This document shows positions 13,272-27,783 of a DNA stretch of 64,000 nucleotides, piece after piece. The notes under the pieces were generated by a model. The model was not told the DNA's origin. It saw only the letters and a program-made list of their open reading frames with translations, and did not search any database. Origin of the DNA: the human T2T-CHM13v2.0 reference genome, Homo sapiens. Made by a program: the position numbers and the translations under genes. The first letter of the stretch is position 1, and each line of letters opens with the position of its first letter. The stretch lies in the NCBI RefSeq assembly GCF_009914755.1, contig NC_060936.1, one strand, 5' to 3'.

Positions 13272-15789
13272 TCGAAGGGGGAAGAGTTGTTATCTTTGCC
13301 AGCAGTCCTCATACACCTGCGCTTTGCTGGGCTGTTTAGAAATGCAAGTATCCACTATTTCCTCCACATGCCAGGCCATGGCTCTGTTACCCCTCACCTC
13401 ACCTGGACAACTGAAGAGACTCCCTGCTGCTGTGCCCTCTGCCCCTCTCCCTGGCTCGCCACCTTCCCTGACTTCATCCCTCACCCTTTTCCCTTCTCTC
13501 CCGTCACCTCCGTTCCAAACGCACTGGTCTCTTTTCTGATGGCCGAGCCTGCCAAGCCCCCTTCCTACCACAGGGCCTTTGCACCTGCTGGCCTCTGCCT
13601 GTTCTGCTGGTCTGCTGCTTTCCCAGGCCTGGCTCCTTCTCACACAGCCTCCCCACAGGGAGCTCATCCTGTCCACTCTAGTTAAAGCAGTCTCCAGCCT
13701 GGGCCCAACCACTCGCTGTTCCATTCTTCTGCTTTCTTCTTTTCAGAGCCCTGTCCTATTCCATCATCACTGTATTGAGCAGTTTGCTCCTCTATCTGTG
13801 CTCCCCAACTACACAGGGAGCTCGAGACAGGACCCAGTCTGACTCAGTTGGCACTGAATCTCCAGCACTGGGCTCAGAACAGATCTACTTGTGGGCGATG
13901 AGTCTGTTGGGCACTCAGCATGTGCCTAGAACACAGCGATCATGAAATAGCCCTTATTGTGATCGAGAGGAGCTGTGAGGTCTTAGGTAAGAGCACAGGC
14001 CTCAGAGTTGATGGCTTCAGGTCATATCCCGGCTCTCTCCACATGTGTGACCTTGCTCAAGTCATGCAAACTCTCTGTGCTTCCTTCTTTCCATCTAAAA
14101 AGGGGCTGGCCATCATGGTGCCTACTTGCAGGACGATGATGAGAATGAATGCAGAGCAGGCTGCAAGACCTGAGCCTGGGCCTGCAGCGAGCACTGGGAG
14201 AGAACAGTTTCGTTCTTAATATTACCCTTGCTACCCACACTGCCCAGCAGGCCTTGCTGAGAGAGAAATCCAGGGGAAAATGTTGGAAATCCCTAACCCT
14301 GGGAGAGATAAGACAACCCAGTGTGGGGAGCCCTCGGCCCTCCCTCTCCTTCTCCCTGCAGGGTAAGCTGCTGGCTTCAGGCTCCCAGGAAGGCCAGCCA
14401 GTGCCAGGCGTCCGAGTCCACAGCTGGGCACCCTTGCCAGCCAGCTACTGCTCCCCGAGTCACCAGGCCAGGCTGTGTCCAGAGAGGCGTGGAGACAGCC
14501 AGGAGCCAAGGCCATGAAGCCAAAGGTCATTTTAAAAAGCACTTCTGCTGCTGGCCCCAAGTTGGGAGACAAAAGAAAGATGGGAAAGAAAAAAATAAGG
14601 TATTGTGAAACTCAAACAGATGTTTGCCAACAAAAACACCAGGAACCAGAAAAAGAGGGAAGAAGTGAGAAAGGAATCAGGGCTAGGCCTGGGGGCGGGG
14701 GAGTTGGGGGAAGGATCTAAAAGCAAGGTGGGCTGGAGGGGGTTGGGAGAGGCAGGGGAACTGTGCTTCCATCTGTAGTTAGCACAATCAAATCCAGTCA
14801 CGCATCGCCACATGGGGCTTTATTATAATCAGGCCACAGAATTTACTGCGGCCTCCTCCCCTTTCCCGGCTCTCGGCGCTGGAGCTGACAGCAAAGACTG
14901 TTATCAGTTGCAAGCAGCTTTTCAGGACCTCCCCCCACTCTGAGCCCTTTATCTGGAGGTGAGGGTCTTGGTTGTGGGGAGATAAAACACGCTGTCCCCC
15001 TCCCTCGAGACTGGTACAGAGAACAGGAGAGCTTTGCAGAAAGGAAGGGGGTAAAATAAAAAAAAAAAGGTATGTCCACTCCCCTCCTACTCTTCTTCCT
15101 TGGGAGCCTGAGAAAATCCAGGGCTTTGTGGGCTGGCTGAGTCCCCCCAGCCCTCGTTGTCCTCGTACAACGGGGGAGTCGGGGATTTGGTGAAGCTTCA
15201 GGAACAATGCAAAGAGGGTGGGGGTGGGGGAGGAGCAGGTGAAAAGAACAGCACCCGCCAGGAGGGGCTGTGCATGTGCTGCGTGCAGTGAGGGCAGGAG
15301 GAGGCCCTGGAGATCAGCTCTGTGGGAATTCACCGATGACGCGGGACACAGCGGGGCTTGGAATTAGCACAGACACGCACAACTTCCCGGGCCAAAGGAG
15401 GCCCAGCGGCCGGGCTCTAAGGCCTTCTTTGTGTGAGTCATGGTCAGGCCCTGGAAAGCAGCCCCTCTGGGAGGTAGGGGCTGTTGGACACATGCTCAAA
15501 CCTACAATGTAGACCCAGGAAGCAGGGGGACCCGCGGGCAGGGGGTGGGAAAACACTCTGACCGTAAACCACAGCATGCTATCTCCGTGATGCACCCTGT
15601 GCTGTGATGCAGACATTTCTGTACTCAGGGCCCACTTCTATTACTACTTGTGACATCTCACTTGTCCCCCAACAGCTCTATTGTCCTCCACAGCTCAAAA
15701 GTTCCTGGGGAAGGGGGTCTGTGCATCTGTGTGGTGTCCATCTTGATCACCCAGCTCGGCTGCTGGCTTGGGGCTGGTGCCCATGGTGA

Positions 15790-16087
<298 letters not shown>

Positions 16088-17605
16088 GCACTGTGATTTA
16101 TATTGCTCAGTCACCAACAGCAGCGGAAGACTGGTGATGTGCATGTGACATCCCACCACGCCCTCAGAGGGCGGGGCGGATATCATGCCCGTTTTACAGA
16201 TATGGAAACTGAGCCTCAGAGAGGCAGGTGGCTTGGCCAGTCACAGAATGGCTGCTTACTGGAAATCTCAGGGCCATTTCCCCAGGGGCTCTAGGCCTCA
16301 CATGATGAGGATGCCAAGGACTTAGAACCATGCCTAGCATGGCATAACTGCTGCTTTTGCTCTTGGGTTCACTCACACACACTTCCTGATCACTATCAGC
16401 CACTGGGGCACGTTCATGGGTGCTAGGATACTGCCGTGAGCAAGGTGAATGGGGTCTCGGCATGTGGAGTGGCCATTCCAGGGGCAGAGTCCGACAGAGC
16501 AACACCGGGGAAAGGAACCATTCATGACACAATTCCAGGAAGTGATAAGCATTTGAAATAAAATAAAGGGCCATTTGTGAGAGTGGGGACAAATGGGAGC
16601 CCCCTCTATTATTTTGATTGATGGTGTTATTGTCACCACTGTGTTCTGAGGCTGGGCTAACAACGAAAACCAAACGTTCAAACCTAACTAAGCTTCTACT
16701 GTGTGCCAGAGCCTTGGGACACAAAGACAAATATGACCCGGCCTCATCTTTCGAAGGAACAGAGAGGCAGATTCTCATGCATTCCCTCACTCCCTTGACA
16801 CCTGTGAACCGAGCTTCCCTATGCCTGGGCCCCCCGGGGTGCTGGGTACCGGGCAGTGAAGGAGACAGCCCCATTCCCTGCCTTCACGGCTCAAAGTCTG
16901 GCTGAGATAGGAAACAAATACAAGTAACAAATAAACAGAATAAATAGAAATTGTGACAAGTGTTAGAGAAAAAAGAAGACAGCAGAGAGGGATAATCCCC
17001 AGGACACAAGGAAATGAAGAGCCTGGTGGAAGCGGTCACTTTGGGAGCCACCACGTGTCCCCAGCCTGCCTCCTGTTGCCACCCAAGGCTGCGGGAAGAG
17101 GCCTCCACCAATTTGTTTTCAGTGCCGCTCAGCCCTGGCTGATCTCTGCGTTTCAAAGGAGAACTCGCTTTGGGCCAAAAAAAAAAAACATTACTTAGGT
17201 TCAAGGGTGGTAACTGAAGTAAAAATCAAGGCAGCTGTGATTTGGGGGAGACAGTTAAGAACAAGCCAGGATGACATGAAGAGAATTTTGTTTTGATGGG
17301 AACAGGCACAGGTTTTGAAGGAGACCCTGATCCAAACTGAGTGGAGAGAGCTTAACTCATAAACGAGCAGGAGTCGGGCTTTCACAAGGTTTACACCAAT
17401 CATCATTAACCCCAACGATGTGGGATGCTTCTGGGTCCTCAGATCGCAAAGGGACTGAAGGATTTTGTTTCCTGATTGAAACAGGCCTCCAGACAGGCAC
17501 TTCCTGAATGCCTTGCGCTGGCTGAGCCAGTCCTGAAGATACACAGTGAAACAAGGAAATGAGAAATGTGGACAAGGCAGGGGAGGTTAGGTACAGCAAA
17601 GTCTA

Positions 17606-17968
<363 letters not shown>

Positions 17969-18194
17969 TTAACTATGAAATGTCCTTTAAAAAAAAATGA
18001 GAACAAAGGAGAGAGTAGCTGAGGACTTATTATTATTTTTTTTAACATCCTTATTTTAATAAGTTAAACAACTGGTTGCTGTATTGTGGGTGTGTATAGG
18101 TGAGTGGTTATTACTGACAAGGAAAATCGTAACATCTGGATAGAATGACCATGGTCCTGTTGGTCTTGGCTTCTAAGATGTGGTCATGGTCCTT

Positions 18195-18390
18195 AGACTA
18201 TGAGGTCCTCGATGCGGGGGATACACTGCCCGCTGTGGGCATCTAGGAATGCGTGGGGGTGTTCCAGGTTGTCACAAGGACTGGGGGCACTCGTGACACT
18301 CAGAGGCACAGGCCAGGGATGTGAAATGTCTTGTGATTTGCAAAGCAGTCCTGACAAGAAAGTACTGTCCAGTCCCAAAGCCCAATGATA
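18195..18390. mobile_element. MER20-like hAT DNA transposon remnant
   Basis: ggttgtcacaaggactgggggcac...ggccagggatg core resembles MER20. Confidence 0.55.
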
Positions 18391-18876
18391 CCCCTTTTCC
18401 CAGCTAGGAAGCATTAGCCAGGGGGTGGGGGTTGCCCTATCTGGCCCCCAGGGGCCACGGCTTCCCCTTCCTTTCCTGTCTTTGCAGTCACTGGACATCA
18501 GAGGGCACTGCCACTCCAAGGACATGAGAATAAGTATCTCCCATACCAGCCACCCTCCTCCATGAGCCATTCTGGTCCATCTCTGAAACAGGAAGGTTGT
18601 TTATACTTGCTCTGCTTTGAATCCTTGTTAATAGATAGTAATTTTTTTCCCCTAAAAGCTTTAATTGACAAACTAAAAGCATATTGCATCCATAATTTTG
18701 ACACTGTTTTTTACAGGACATGCCCATAAAATCTGAGAGTCTGAGCCCTGCTGGTCTCTAGCATGAACAAAGAGCTTTAAACCAGAGGCTTGATAAGAAA
18801 CTTCACGCTGCCCCCAACCCTCCTCCTTTCCCTCACCAGGATCCCAAGCCATCCTGGTCTCAGACTCAGCTCTTAC

Positions 18877-19006
18877 CTGTTTCTGGCTCTGCTGGGTCCT
18901 TTTCCATGGGTTCTGAAGGTGTGTCTTGGAGCTTTTTCTTCTGTGGGGCTGTGCTGGAGAAGACGCCAACTGGAGCCCACTCCAGATAGAGGGGGACATG
19001 ATGGAA
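18877..19006 (-). CDS. RBM19: RBM19 exon 16 (FHHVPLYLEWAP...PAEPET)
   Basis: GCAG|TTC acceptor, CAG|GTAAGA donor, 130 nt; not shown in this frame in the ORF track. Confidence 0.94.
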
Positions 19007-19489
19007 CTGCAGAGACAAGAGTGATGGCCCTGTGGGTCTTCATTACAACACACTGCTGGGGAGGGACTCAGTCCCATGCAGATCACAGCCCAAGGGTCAC
19101 AGAGGATGGGCAACTCACCCAAGAATGGAGCCGGAAGGAGCCCAGCCCAGAGCCCTGACTGCTGTCTACTCCCTGAGGACAACATTCGGCCCCCGTGCTG
19201 CATCTCAGGGTGCAGGAGAGAGGCTTTAGTCTCTGTTGCCACCAGACATATGGCAGCTCCCAGGCCCCCTTTGTGTTTTTTCCAATCAGAGTATGAAACT
19301 CTAAAGTTTCATACTTTAGATGGGAGTGGGACGAGGAGCGACCACATCACTGGTAAAGTGCAGCTCTCCAGGAGGAAGTGTAAAATACCCGTTAAGAGAA
19401 CACACTTTCTCTCTATGTGCATATATCCACGGGCAACCCTGTATACGTGTGCATATGTGTGCATGCAGATGTTATTTTTTTAAAAGGAT

Positions 19490-19646
19490 AGCTGGGCATG
19501 GTGGCACACACCTGTAGTCCTAGCTACTCAGGAAGCTGAGGTGGGAGGATCCCTTGAGCTCAGGAGTTTGAGGCTGCAGTGAGCTAGGATTCTGCCACTG
19601 CACTCCAGGGAAATCCTGCCTCTTAAAAAAAAAAAAAAAAAAAAAG
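19490..19646 (+). mobile_element. Alu monomer (right-arm/FRAM-like)
   Basis: Single arm plus poly-A. Confidence 0.85.
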
Positions 19647-20261
19647 AGGGGCCCTGGGCAGGCGGGTGATAAACAAGACACTGATGACACCTGCCTCATT
19701 AGGCGGTTACTGGGGAGCTGCAGGACAGGGGTGGGAGTGAGACTTGTCAACAAATGCCCTTTTTGAATCTTTTCAAATTTCCTACTCCATGAAAGCCTTG
19801 CAAATCAGTTATTTTCAGAGAAATACACATGCTTCAGAGTGAAACAGATTGGTGTGCAGACAGCAGGCTGCATCACTACTTAGCTGTGTGATCGTGGGTC
19901 AGGGCACCTCTCTGGGCATCAGTTTCCATATGTGCAAAATGAAGACAGCAGTCTTCTTGTCGGTGAAACAGACACTGCCCAAAACAGGAGGCCTCACCTA
20001 GTCAGTGTTCTCCAACTGTGGCTCACACAGAGAGAGCTTTTGGTGACTGGCATGTCCTCCCAAAGCAGAAGGAAGAAAGGATGGTGTCACATTCCAAAGG
20101 ATGCTCACATCTCAGTCATGGGGCCCCACCTAGATAATTTTTCTTATGGGTCAGGCGCAGACTGACTTCCTGAGAGCTTAGTGGCCACAGAGTCCCAAGC
20201 TAAAGACTATTACGGGGTTAAAGTGGCAGAGAATGAGAAATCATTTCCTCACCAGCAAAAT

Positions 20262-20364
20262 GGGGACATGAATATCTATCTCTAAGAATTGCTGGGGGGC
20301 ATATGAATACCTATCTCTAAGAATTGCTGGGGGGGACATGAATATCTATCTCTAAGAATTGCTG
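20262..20364 (+). repeat. Tandem repeat, 3 copies of about 36 bp
   Basis: ATGAATA(T/C)CTATCTCTAAGAATTGCTG three times, separated by G runs. Confidence 0.93.
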
Positions 20365-20415
20365 AGGGAGACCAAGGTCTGCGAAGTGCTAAAGTGTCTT
20401 ATAAACAGAAAATAC

Positions 20416-20865
20416 TTGTAGTGGCACCGCAAGGGTATGTCTATATCTTGAACCCCTAGAAACCTGTGAACGCGCCCTTATTTGGAAAAAGGATCTTTGC
20501 AAATTTCATTAAGTGAAAGATTTTGAGATGAGATCATCTTGCATTATCCCGGCAGAGCCTAAATCCAATGACAAGTGTCCTTATAAGAGAAACAGGGAGG
20601 AAGACTGAGAGAAGAGGAAAAGCCAAGTGAGGATGAAGGGAGAAACTGGAGTGATGCAGCCATGGGCCAGGGATGCCTGGAGCCACCAGAAGCTGGAAGA
20701 GACACAGATCAGACTCCCTAGAGCCTTCAGAGGAAGCACAACCCTGCTGACACCTTGATTTCAGACTGTGGCCTTCGGAACCGTGGGATGATCTATTTCT
20801 GTTGTTTCAAGCCAACTAGCTTGTAATAATTTGTTATGACAGCCACAGCCAGCAAACTAATACAC
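20416..20865 (+). mobile_element. MLT1-type solo LTR
   Basis: tgtagtgg...ccttatttggaaa...cctaaatccaatgacaagtgtccttataaga...aaactaataca. Confidence 0.82.
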
Positions 20866-20977
20866 AACTGTTGGCTTTTTTCTAAACCAAGAACCAGGAG
20901 ACAGCCCCACCTACAGAACTGACTTTCATTCATCTCATTGTAGCTACAGGATTACAAAAGCATCAAGAATGCTCATT

Positions 20978-21190
20978 CTTGGGCAAAATAGGGAGACCTT
21001 TGTCTCTACAAAAAATCAAAAAATTAGCCAGGCGTGGTGGTGCATGCCTGTAGTCTCAGCTACATGGGAGGCTGAGGTGGGAGGATTGCTTGAGCCCCAG
21101 AGTTCAAGGCTGCAGCGAACCAAGATGGCGCCACTGCACTGTAGCCTGGGTGGCAGAGCGAGACCCTGTCTTTCAAAATAAATAAATACT
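20978..21190 (+). mobile_element. 5'-truncated Alu (AluJ-like)
   Basis: Mid A-linker and right arm. Confidence 0.85.
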
Positions 21191-21334
21191 TTTTCAAAAA
21201 AATAATGAACACATTTAATTAAAATTAAAATGCTAATCCAAATTAACATGGGTAAAGAAAGCCAAAGAAAAGCTAGAGTCAGGCAAGGAACCAAGGCATG
21301 CTTTCTGGAGGATGGTTCAGAACTCCCTTCTCCC

Positions 21335-21666
<332 letters not shown>

Positions 21667-21826
21667 TCAGGCGGCAGGGATGATATTCAGCCATGATCGT
21701 GACGGGCGGTTTAGGGTGAGCTCCCATGTGCCACATCTGTGAATCCATAGCCCACTGCACCCTCTCCCTTGAAGCAGCCCTCACTGGTCCTTCTCCAGAT
21801 CAATTCTGGGTCTCCAGCAGCCCTAC

Positions 21827-22027
21827 CTTGGAATAGGCCAGATGCCTGAAGGCCTTGCGGGCCTCCAGGGGCTCCAGGAACTCCACGATGGCAGTGATTC
21901 CGCCCTCTGGCAGCAGCACGCGGCCCAGGCTGCCAAAATGGCCGAACGTCTCCTGCAGCTCGGCCGCCAGGGTGCCTGCCGGGAGGTTCTTGACCAGAAT
22001 CACAGTCTTGCTTCGCTCTGCTGCAGC
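21827..22027 (-). CDS. RBM19: RBM19 exon 15 (AAAERSK...LAYSK; RRM4)
   Basis: GCAG|GCT acceptor, AAG|GTAGGG donor, 201 nt. Confidence 0.96.
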
Positions 22028-22479
22028 CTGCAAAGAGGAAATGCACACACATGGGACCACAGGAGGGAGGAGGGTCCCCAGCTGACACCAGCAGGGATCG
22101 TGGGGCTCTCCAGACAAGGCTCTCCATTTGGAACCTCAGCAACCAGGCACTTAGGAGGAAGACCCAGGAGGAACGACCCTCTCTGGCATGATGCTCCCTG
22201 CAAGGCTGCAAGGCAGCTCTGCAGAGGGGGTAAGGCCTGGGACTCTGAAGCTGGAGCTTCTGGATCAAATCCCAGCCCCTCCTCCACTCCTGAGCAGGGC
22301 CGCACTTTCCAAGGCTTCCAGTGGCTGGGGTCTGCATCTCAGTACCAAGGCTTTTTTTCCTGAACTACAGACCGCCCACCTGCTACCACGTGCAGCCAGC
22401 AGGACGTGCTGCAGAGCTAACGCCCCCTGGGAGCAGCCCACAGCTCTCAGGAGTTGCTGCACTCCTTGTCCTTGGGTGG

Positions 22480-22690
22480 GATGAGACTGAGGTATGAGTG
22501 CTGCAGGCTTTCCCCTAGGCAGAGCTCCAGGCAGCCACAGGGCAGCGTACTGCAGCAGCACACTCTGCACCCTGGGCTCCTTCCCTTCCCTGCATCCCTT
22601 TCTCACCAGAGTTTTCTGCACTGCCCCCAAAACTGTTTGCCCTTGAATCCTTGTCTCAGAATCTGCTTCTGGGAGAACCAAAACTAAAAG
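22480..22690. mobile_element. Old ERVL-class LTR fragment
   Basis: cccagaagcagattctgagacaaggattcaag (minus strand) is typical of old ERVL/MaLR LTRs. Confidence 0.5.
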
Positions 22691-23406
22691 ACTAAGCTAT
22701 TCAGCCTTGAGAAATGTACTTAACTGTGCCTCAGCTCCCGCAGCGACAGCAAGGACAGAGCATTTATTTCACAGGATCGCTCCAGGAAAAGTTTTCATTA
22801 AATGGGTTAGTAAAAGTACATGTAATATGAGCACTCTGAAAACGTTAGCAATAATTTTATTAAAAAATAATGTTGGAGGAGGATAAAAGAGCCAATAAAA
22901 TATAATGGAAAAATCTAGGCATATGGCCTATCTGGGAATAAGTCTTAGCTCAGCCGCTAATGTAACCTGAGACCTTGGGTCAATTACCTTGTTTCTGTGG
23001 GCCTCAATTTTTCTCATCTGCAAAATGGGCTAACAGTCACACCCATCTTATAGAGGCCACACAAGGTTACTATGAGGATTGAGTGAGGTGAGGGGAGTGA
23101 AAACCATCTGCAGGTGGGAAAGGCTGGGCACCTGTGGGCCTTTTAGGTGCAACTCAGGCCGCAGTGTTACAGTTAGAGAGACAGACTCTGGGGCCAGAAG
23201 GCCTGTGTTCAAACTCAGCTCCACCATGACTAGCTGTGAAGTGACTTCACCCCTCTGTGACTGTGGTTCCTTCTGTAGGGTGGAAGCACAGTAGAGCTGC
23301 TTTCACAGAGTGGCCATGTGAATGAAATGAGCTAATTAAACATGTAAACTTAGAAGAGTGCTTTGGTAAGTCTTAATAAATGTTAGCTATTAGTATATTT
23401 ATTTTA

Positions 23407-23586
23407 TCCATCTATCTACCCATCCATCCATCCATCATCTGTATTCATCCACCATCCATCCATCCATCCATCCATCCATCAAGCCATCCATTCATCCACC
23501 ATCCATATTCATCCTCCATCCATCCATCCATCCATCCATCCACCCATCCCCCATACATCTTCATTCATCCATCCTCCTCATCCATC
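23407..23586. repeat. Imperfect (CCAT)n simple repeat
   Basis: Direct read. Confidence 0.95.
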
Positions 23587-24186
23587 TTGAGGTAAAAATG
23601 TGAGGCCTGGGAAGGCTGTTGAAAGGGCTGTTTTGGGAGTCAGAAGCCCTGAGTTTTAGTCCAGGCTCCTCTCACATATAGACTGTTTGACCTTGTAAGT
23701 CACCTCCCCACTCTGAGCGTTGGTATCCCAGATTGTAAAATGAAGGGGTCTCATGATGTCTTAGGGGCCCTCTAAGCTGCAGTCATCCATAAATCTAAGA
23801 CCTGCTACTTGCTGGAGAACAGGCACATGGAGGTGCTGGACTCTTCCCTGCTAGGTTCAAGAAGGGTCAAAGTCCCCGAACAGATAACAGATGCTCTGGG
23901 AAGCCACTGGGTAGGGGAGTGAGATGTTGGGGGTGCCGATCTGTGTGGGGGAACTGTGGGGTTGTAGGCAGACCTCTTGTACATGGCTCTGGACAGACAG
24001 AATCAGGGTCAGATAGGCCACTTGTCTCAGCCCATGTAACATTTCTTCCTTTCTTTAGAGACAATTTAGAAATCAGTAATAGTCCTTAGAAGGCCAGATC
24101 CTTAAATCCATCTGCATCTCCCCTGGAAAGGCCATTCTCGACTCTCCAGTGGCTGCTGGCTGGCTGGCGCCACCGAGAACACCCAC

Positions 24187-24297
24187 CTGGCTGAAGGAAT
24201 CCAGGCTGACCCCGTTGTCTATGAGAAAACGCCGCACTTCCTGGACGAGCTGGGTTTCCCCCAGAGCCACGCGCACGGCCACGCTGCCCTTGGTCTC
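24187..24297 (-). CDS. RBM19: RBM19 exon 14 (ETKGSVAV...DSFSQ)
   Basis: CAG|GAG acceptor, CAG|GTGGGT donor, 111 nt. Confidence 0.95.
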
Positions 24298-24457
24298 CTG
24301 TGGAAGAGGAAAGGAAGAGTTCTGGTTGGCTGTCGGCCAGGTGACTTGCTGGCCCTCCCATCTCCCAACAGCCTGAAGAGGAGGCTGGGATGGAAATGGA
24401 TTCCACGGATGCCGCTCACCTTCCTACATTGATCAGATGCCCCCAACGGCTCTGTGC

Positions 24458-24770
24458 TTTTTTTTTTTTTTTTTTTAAGAAGGACAGGGTCTCACTCTGT
24501 CATATCTGTCCCCCAGGCTGGAGTGCAGTGGTGTGATCATGGCTCACTGCAGCCTCAATCTCCCAGACTCATGCAATCTTCACACTTCAGCCTCCCTGAG
24601 TAGCTGGGACCACAGACGCACCCCACCACTTCCAGCTCATTTTTATATTTTTTGTAGAGATGGGAGTTTGCCATACTGCCCAGGCTGATCTTGAACTGCT
24701 AGGCTTAAGCAATCCACCTGCCTCAGCTTCCCAAAGTGCCAGGATTACAGGCGTGAGCCACTGTGCTTGG
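24458..24770 (-). mobile_element. Alu (AluJ-like)
   Basis: Poly-T followed by reverse-complement dimer. Confidence 0.9.
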
Positions 24771-25211
24771 CCCCCCAGTGGCTCTGGCTTCCCAGGTCTC
24801 TCACAGTAGATCTGGGACCCCAGGGTCCCCTCTCCTGCACTCCCTCCCCTCATCATATGGGTCTTTGCTGCCACCCCATGCTGAGCTCATCTCACCGCAG
24901 GGCTCCTGCAGTTGTTGACCTTGGCCTCCATGGCTTTTACCCCACATTTCCTTGCTCCATTCAGTTTCTGCTTAAGTGTCACGTTGCTGACCAGCCCACC
25001 CTTGCGGTGACACCCTATCCCTCCCTTGGCTTTTCTGTTCTCTGCCCTCACCAGGCCTGCCGCACTGCACCTCTGCTAATGTGTCAGTGTCTTTTCCCTC
25101 ATCGGAAAGCACCAGAGGAACCTCACTGCTCCTGTTTTGGGGGTTGCTGCATTCCGAGAACTCAGAGTACTCGGGGGATCTGAAGCGGCTGCAGGCCCCC
25201 AGCTGGCCTGG

Positions 25212-25835
<624 letters not shown>

Positions 25836-25955
25836 GACCTTCAGTGCCTGGTGGACAGCAATGGGCAAGGAGCTTACGAGCCAAATCCACCCATGTCAAA
25901 AACATTCCCAGGTTTGCCTGGGAAGAACTCAGCTGCCTCTAACTCCAGATGCATG

Positions 25956-26258
25956 TTTTTTTTTTTTTTTTTTTTTGGGGGGCAGACTCTCGCTCTGTCA
26001 CCTGGGCTGGAGTACAGTGGCATGATCTCGGCTCATTGCAACCTGCCTCCTGGGTTCAAGCGATTCTCCTGCCTCAGCCTCCCAAATAGCTGGGATTACA
26101 GGCATGCACCACCACACAAGGCTAATTTTTGTATTTTTAGTAGAGATGGGGTTTCTCCATGTTGGCCAGGCTGGTCTCGAACTCCTGACCTCTAGTGATC
26201 CACCTGCCTCAGCCTTCCAAAGAGCTCGGTTTATAGGTGTGAGCCACCGTTCCCAACC
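25956..26258 (-). mobile_element. Alu (AluS-like)
   Basis: Poly-T, dimer; TSD CCAGATGCATG. Confidence 0.92.
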
Positions 26259-26389
26259 CAGATGCATGCATTTTAAAAGAAGGTATGAGGATACAAAATA
26301 TACAAAGAAGGGGGCATTTTCAGGCTTTCTGCAAAGTACCTTAGACAAAGTATACTTTGTACTTCATATATATAAAATATACTTTATAT

Positions 26390-26669
26390 GACTCCTGCCT
26401 GTAATCCCAACACTTTGGGAGGCCAAGGTGGCATGATCACTTGAGCCTAGAAGTTTGAGACCAGACTGGGCCACAGAGTGAGACCCCGTCTCTGCAAAAC
26501 TAAAAATAAATTAGGCATGATGGCATGCATCTGTAGTCCTAGCCACTCGGGAGGTGAGGTGGGAGGACTGCTTTAGCCAAGAATTTGGGAGGCTGCAGTG
26601 AGCTATGAGCTATGGTCATGTCACTGCACTCCAGCCTGGGTGACAGAGCAACTCTGTCTCAAAAAAAAA
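26390..26669 (+). mobile_element. Alu (AluJ-like) followed by (TA)n/(CA)n to about 26768
   Basis: Diverged dimer. Confidence 0.87.
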
Positions 26670-26819
26670 TTATATATACATGTGTATATACGTATATGAA
26701 TGTGTATATATATGTATATATAAAAATGTATATATATACACATTTATATACATATACACACACACACACCCCTACTTGAATATACCTTTTAAAAAGTATC
26801 CTTTTATAGAAGGTACAAA

Positions 26820-27085
26820 GCACATATAGGATCCAAAGTAGAAAGAATACAAAAGAGCAGATATGTCAGCTGTGTAAGTCTAGAGATCTAATATAAATGT
26901 ACAACATGAAGACTAGAGTTAACATTGGAGATTTCTGCTTCTAGCAAAATCTCTTGTAGTGGATTTTAGTTGTTTTTGCCACACACACAAAAAGGGCAAG
27001 TGTGAGATGATGGAAATGTTAATTGGCTGGCCTATGGTAAGCATTTCACTATCTATATGTCTATCAAAACATCATGTTGATTTTT
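26820..27085 (+). mobile_element. L1M 3'-end fragment
   Basis: gtgagatgatggaaatgttaattggc...catttcactatctatatg...aaaacatcatgttg. Confidence 0.65.
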
Positions 27086-27686
27086 AAAGCTATGTGATAT
27101 GGAGGAGCTGGATGGATGGGGAAGTCAGAAGGAATAAAGCTAGACTTGGGAGAGAAGGAGGAACGGAACCCAGCGACCCCCTCCTCTGGCTTCAGAGACT
27201 GGGGCTGCCTGGGCTGCGGAAATCATGAGACACGGTTCAGAGCCAAGGCACCGGAGTTGGCCAGACCTGGTGTCCTCCCACCTCCACCTCTTTGCAAGTC
27301 TGTGACCTTGGACAAGTTATTGTGTCCCTGGATCTCGGTTTCTTCATCTGGACAATGGGATACAACAAACCCTACTTCACAGGGCCATTGTGAGGAGTAC
27401 CACACACTAATTCTCAGGAATGTCACCTGTCAACACCACTGTCAATCACATTCTCCGGGGTGGCTCCACATAAGGGCATGAGAAGCCAGGGCTGGAGCCT
27501 GGCTGGGGATGTTTCCAAAGGGAGGGCTGGGAGAGCACCTTCCATTCCAGAGGCCTCTGGGAAGGCCCAAGAGGAAAGCCCTGGCGGCCCCAGCCTCACA
27601 GCCAACAGCAGTGCAACGAGCCTCCTGCTCTTTCTCCCCTTCAGTTTGGCCCAGATCCCAGAGAGGACTGGTCGGCCCTTACTCAC

Positions 27687-27783
27687 GTGGTCAAACACTT
27701 GACTCTTGGTGGCGTTGTACTTCTGTGCGATGGCATCGGCCACGGCATTCGGCCCCATGAATAGTGTGTTCCAGTTGTGAGAG
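27687..27783 (-). CDS. RBM19: RBM19 exon 13 (SSHNWNTLFMG...QVFDH)
   Basis: TTAG|C acceptor, CAC|GTGAGT donor, 97 nt. Confidence 0.94.

Noticed and set aside
20262-20364. CRISPR-like appearance of the 36-bp repeat
   Set aside because: No unique spacers, no cas genes, mammalian intron.
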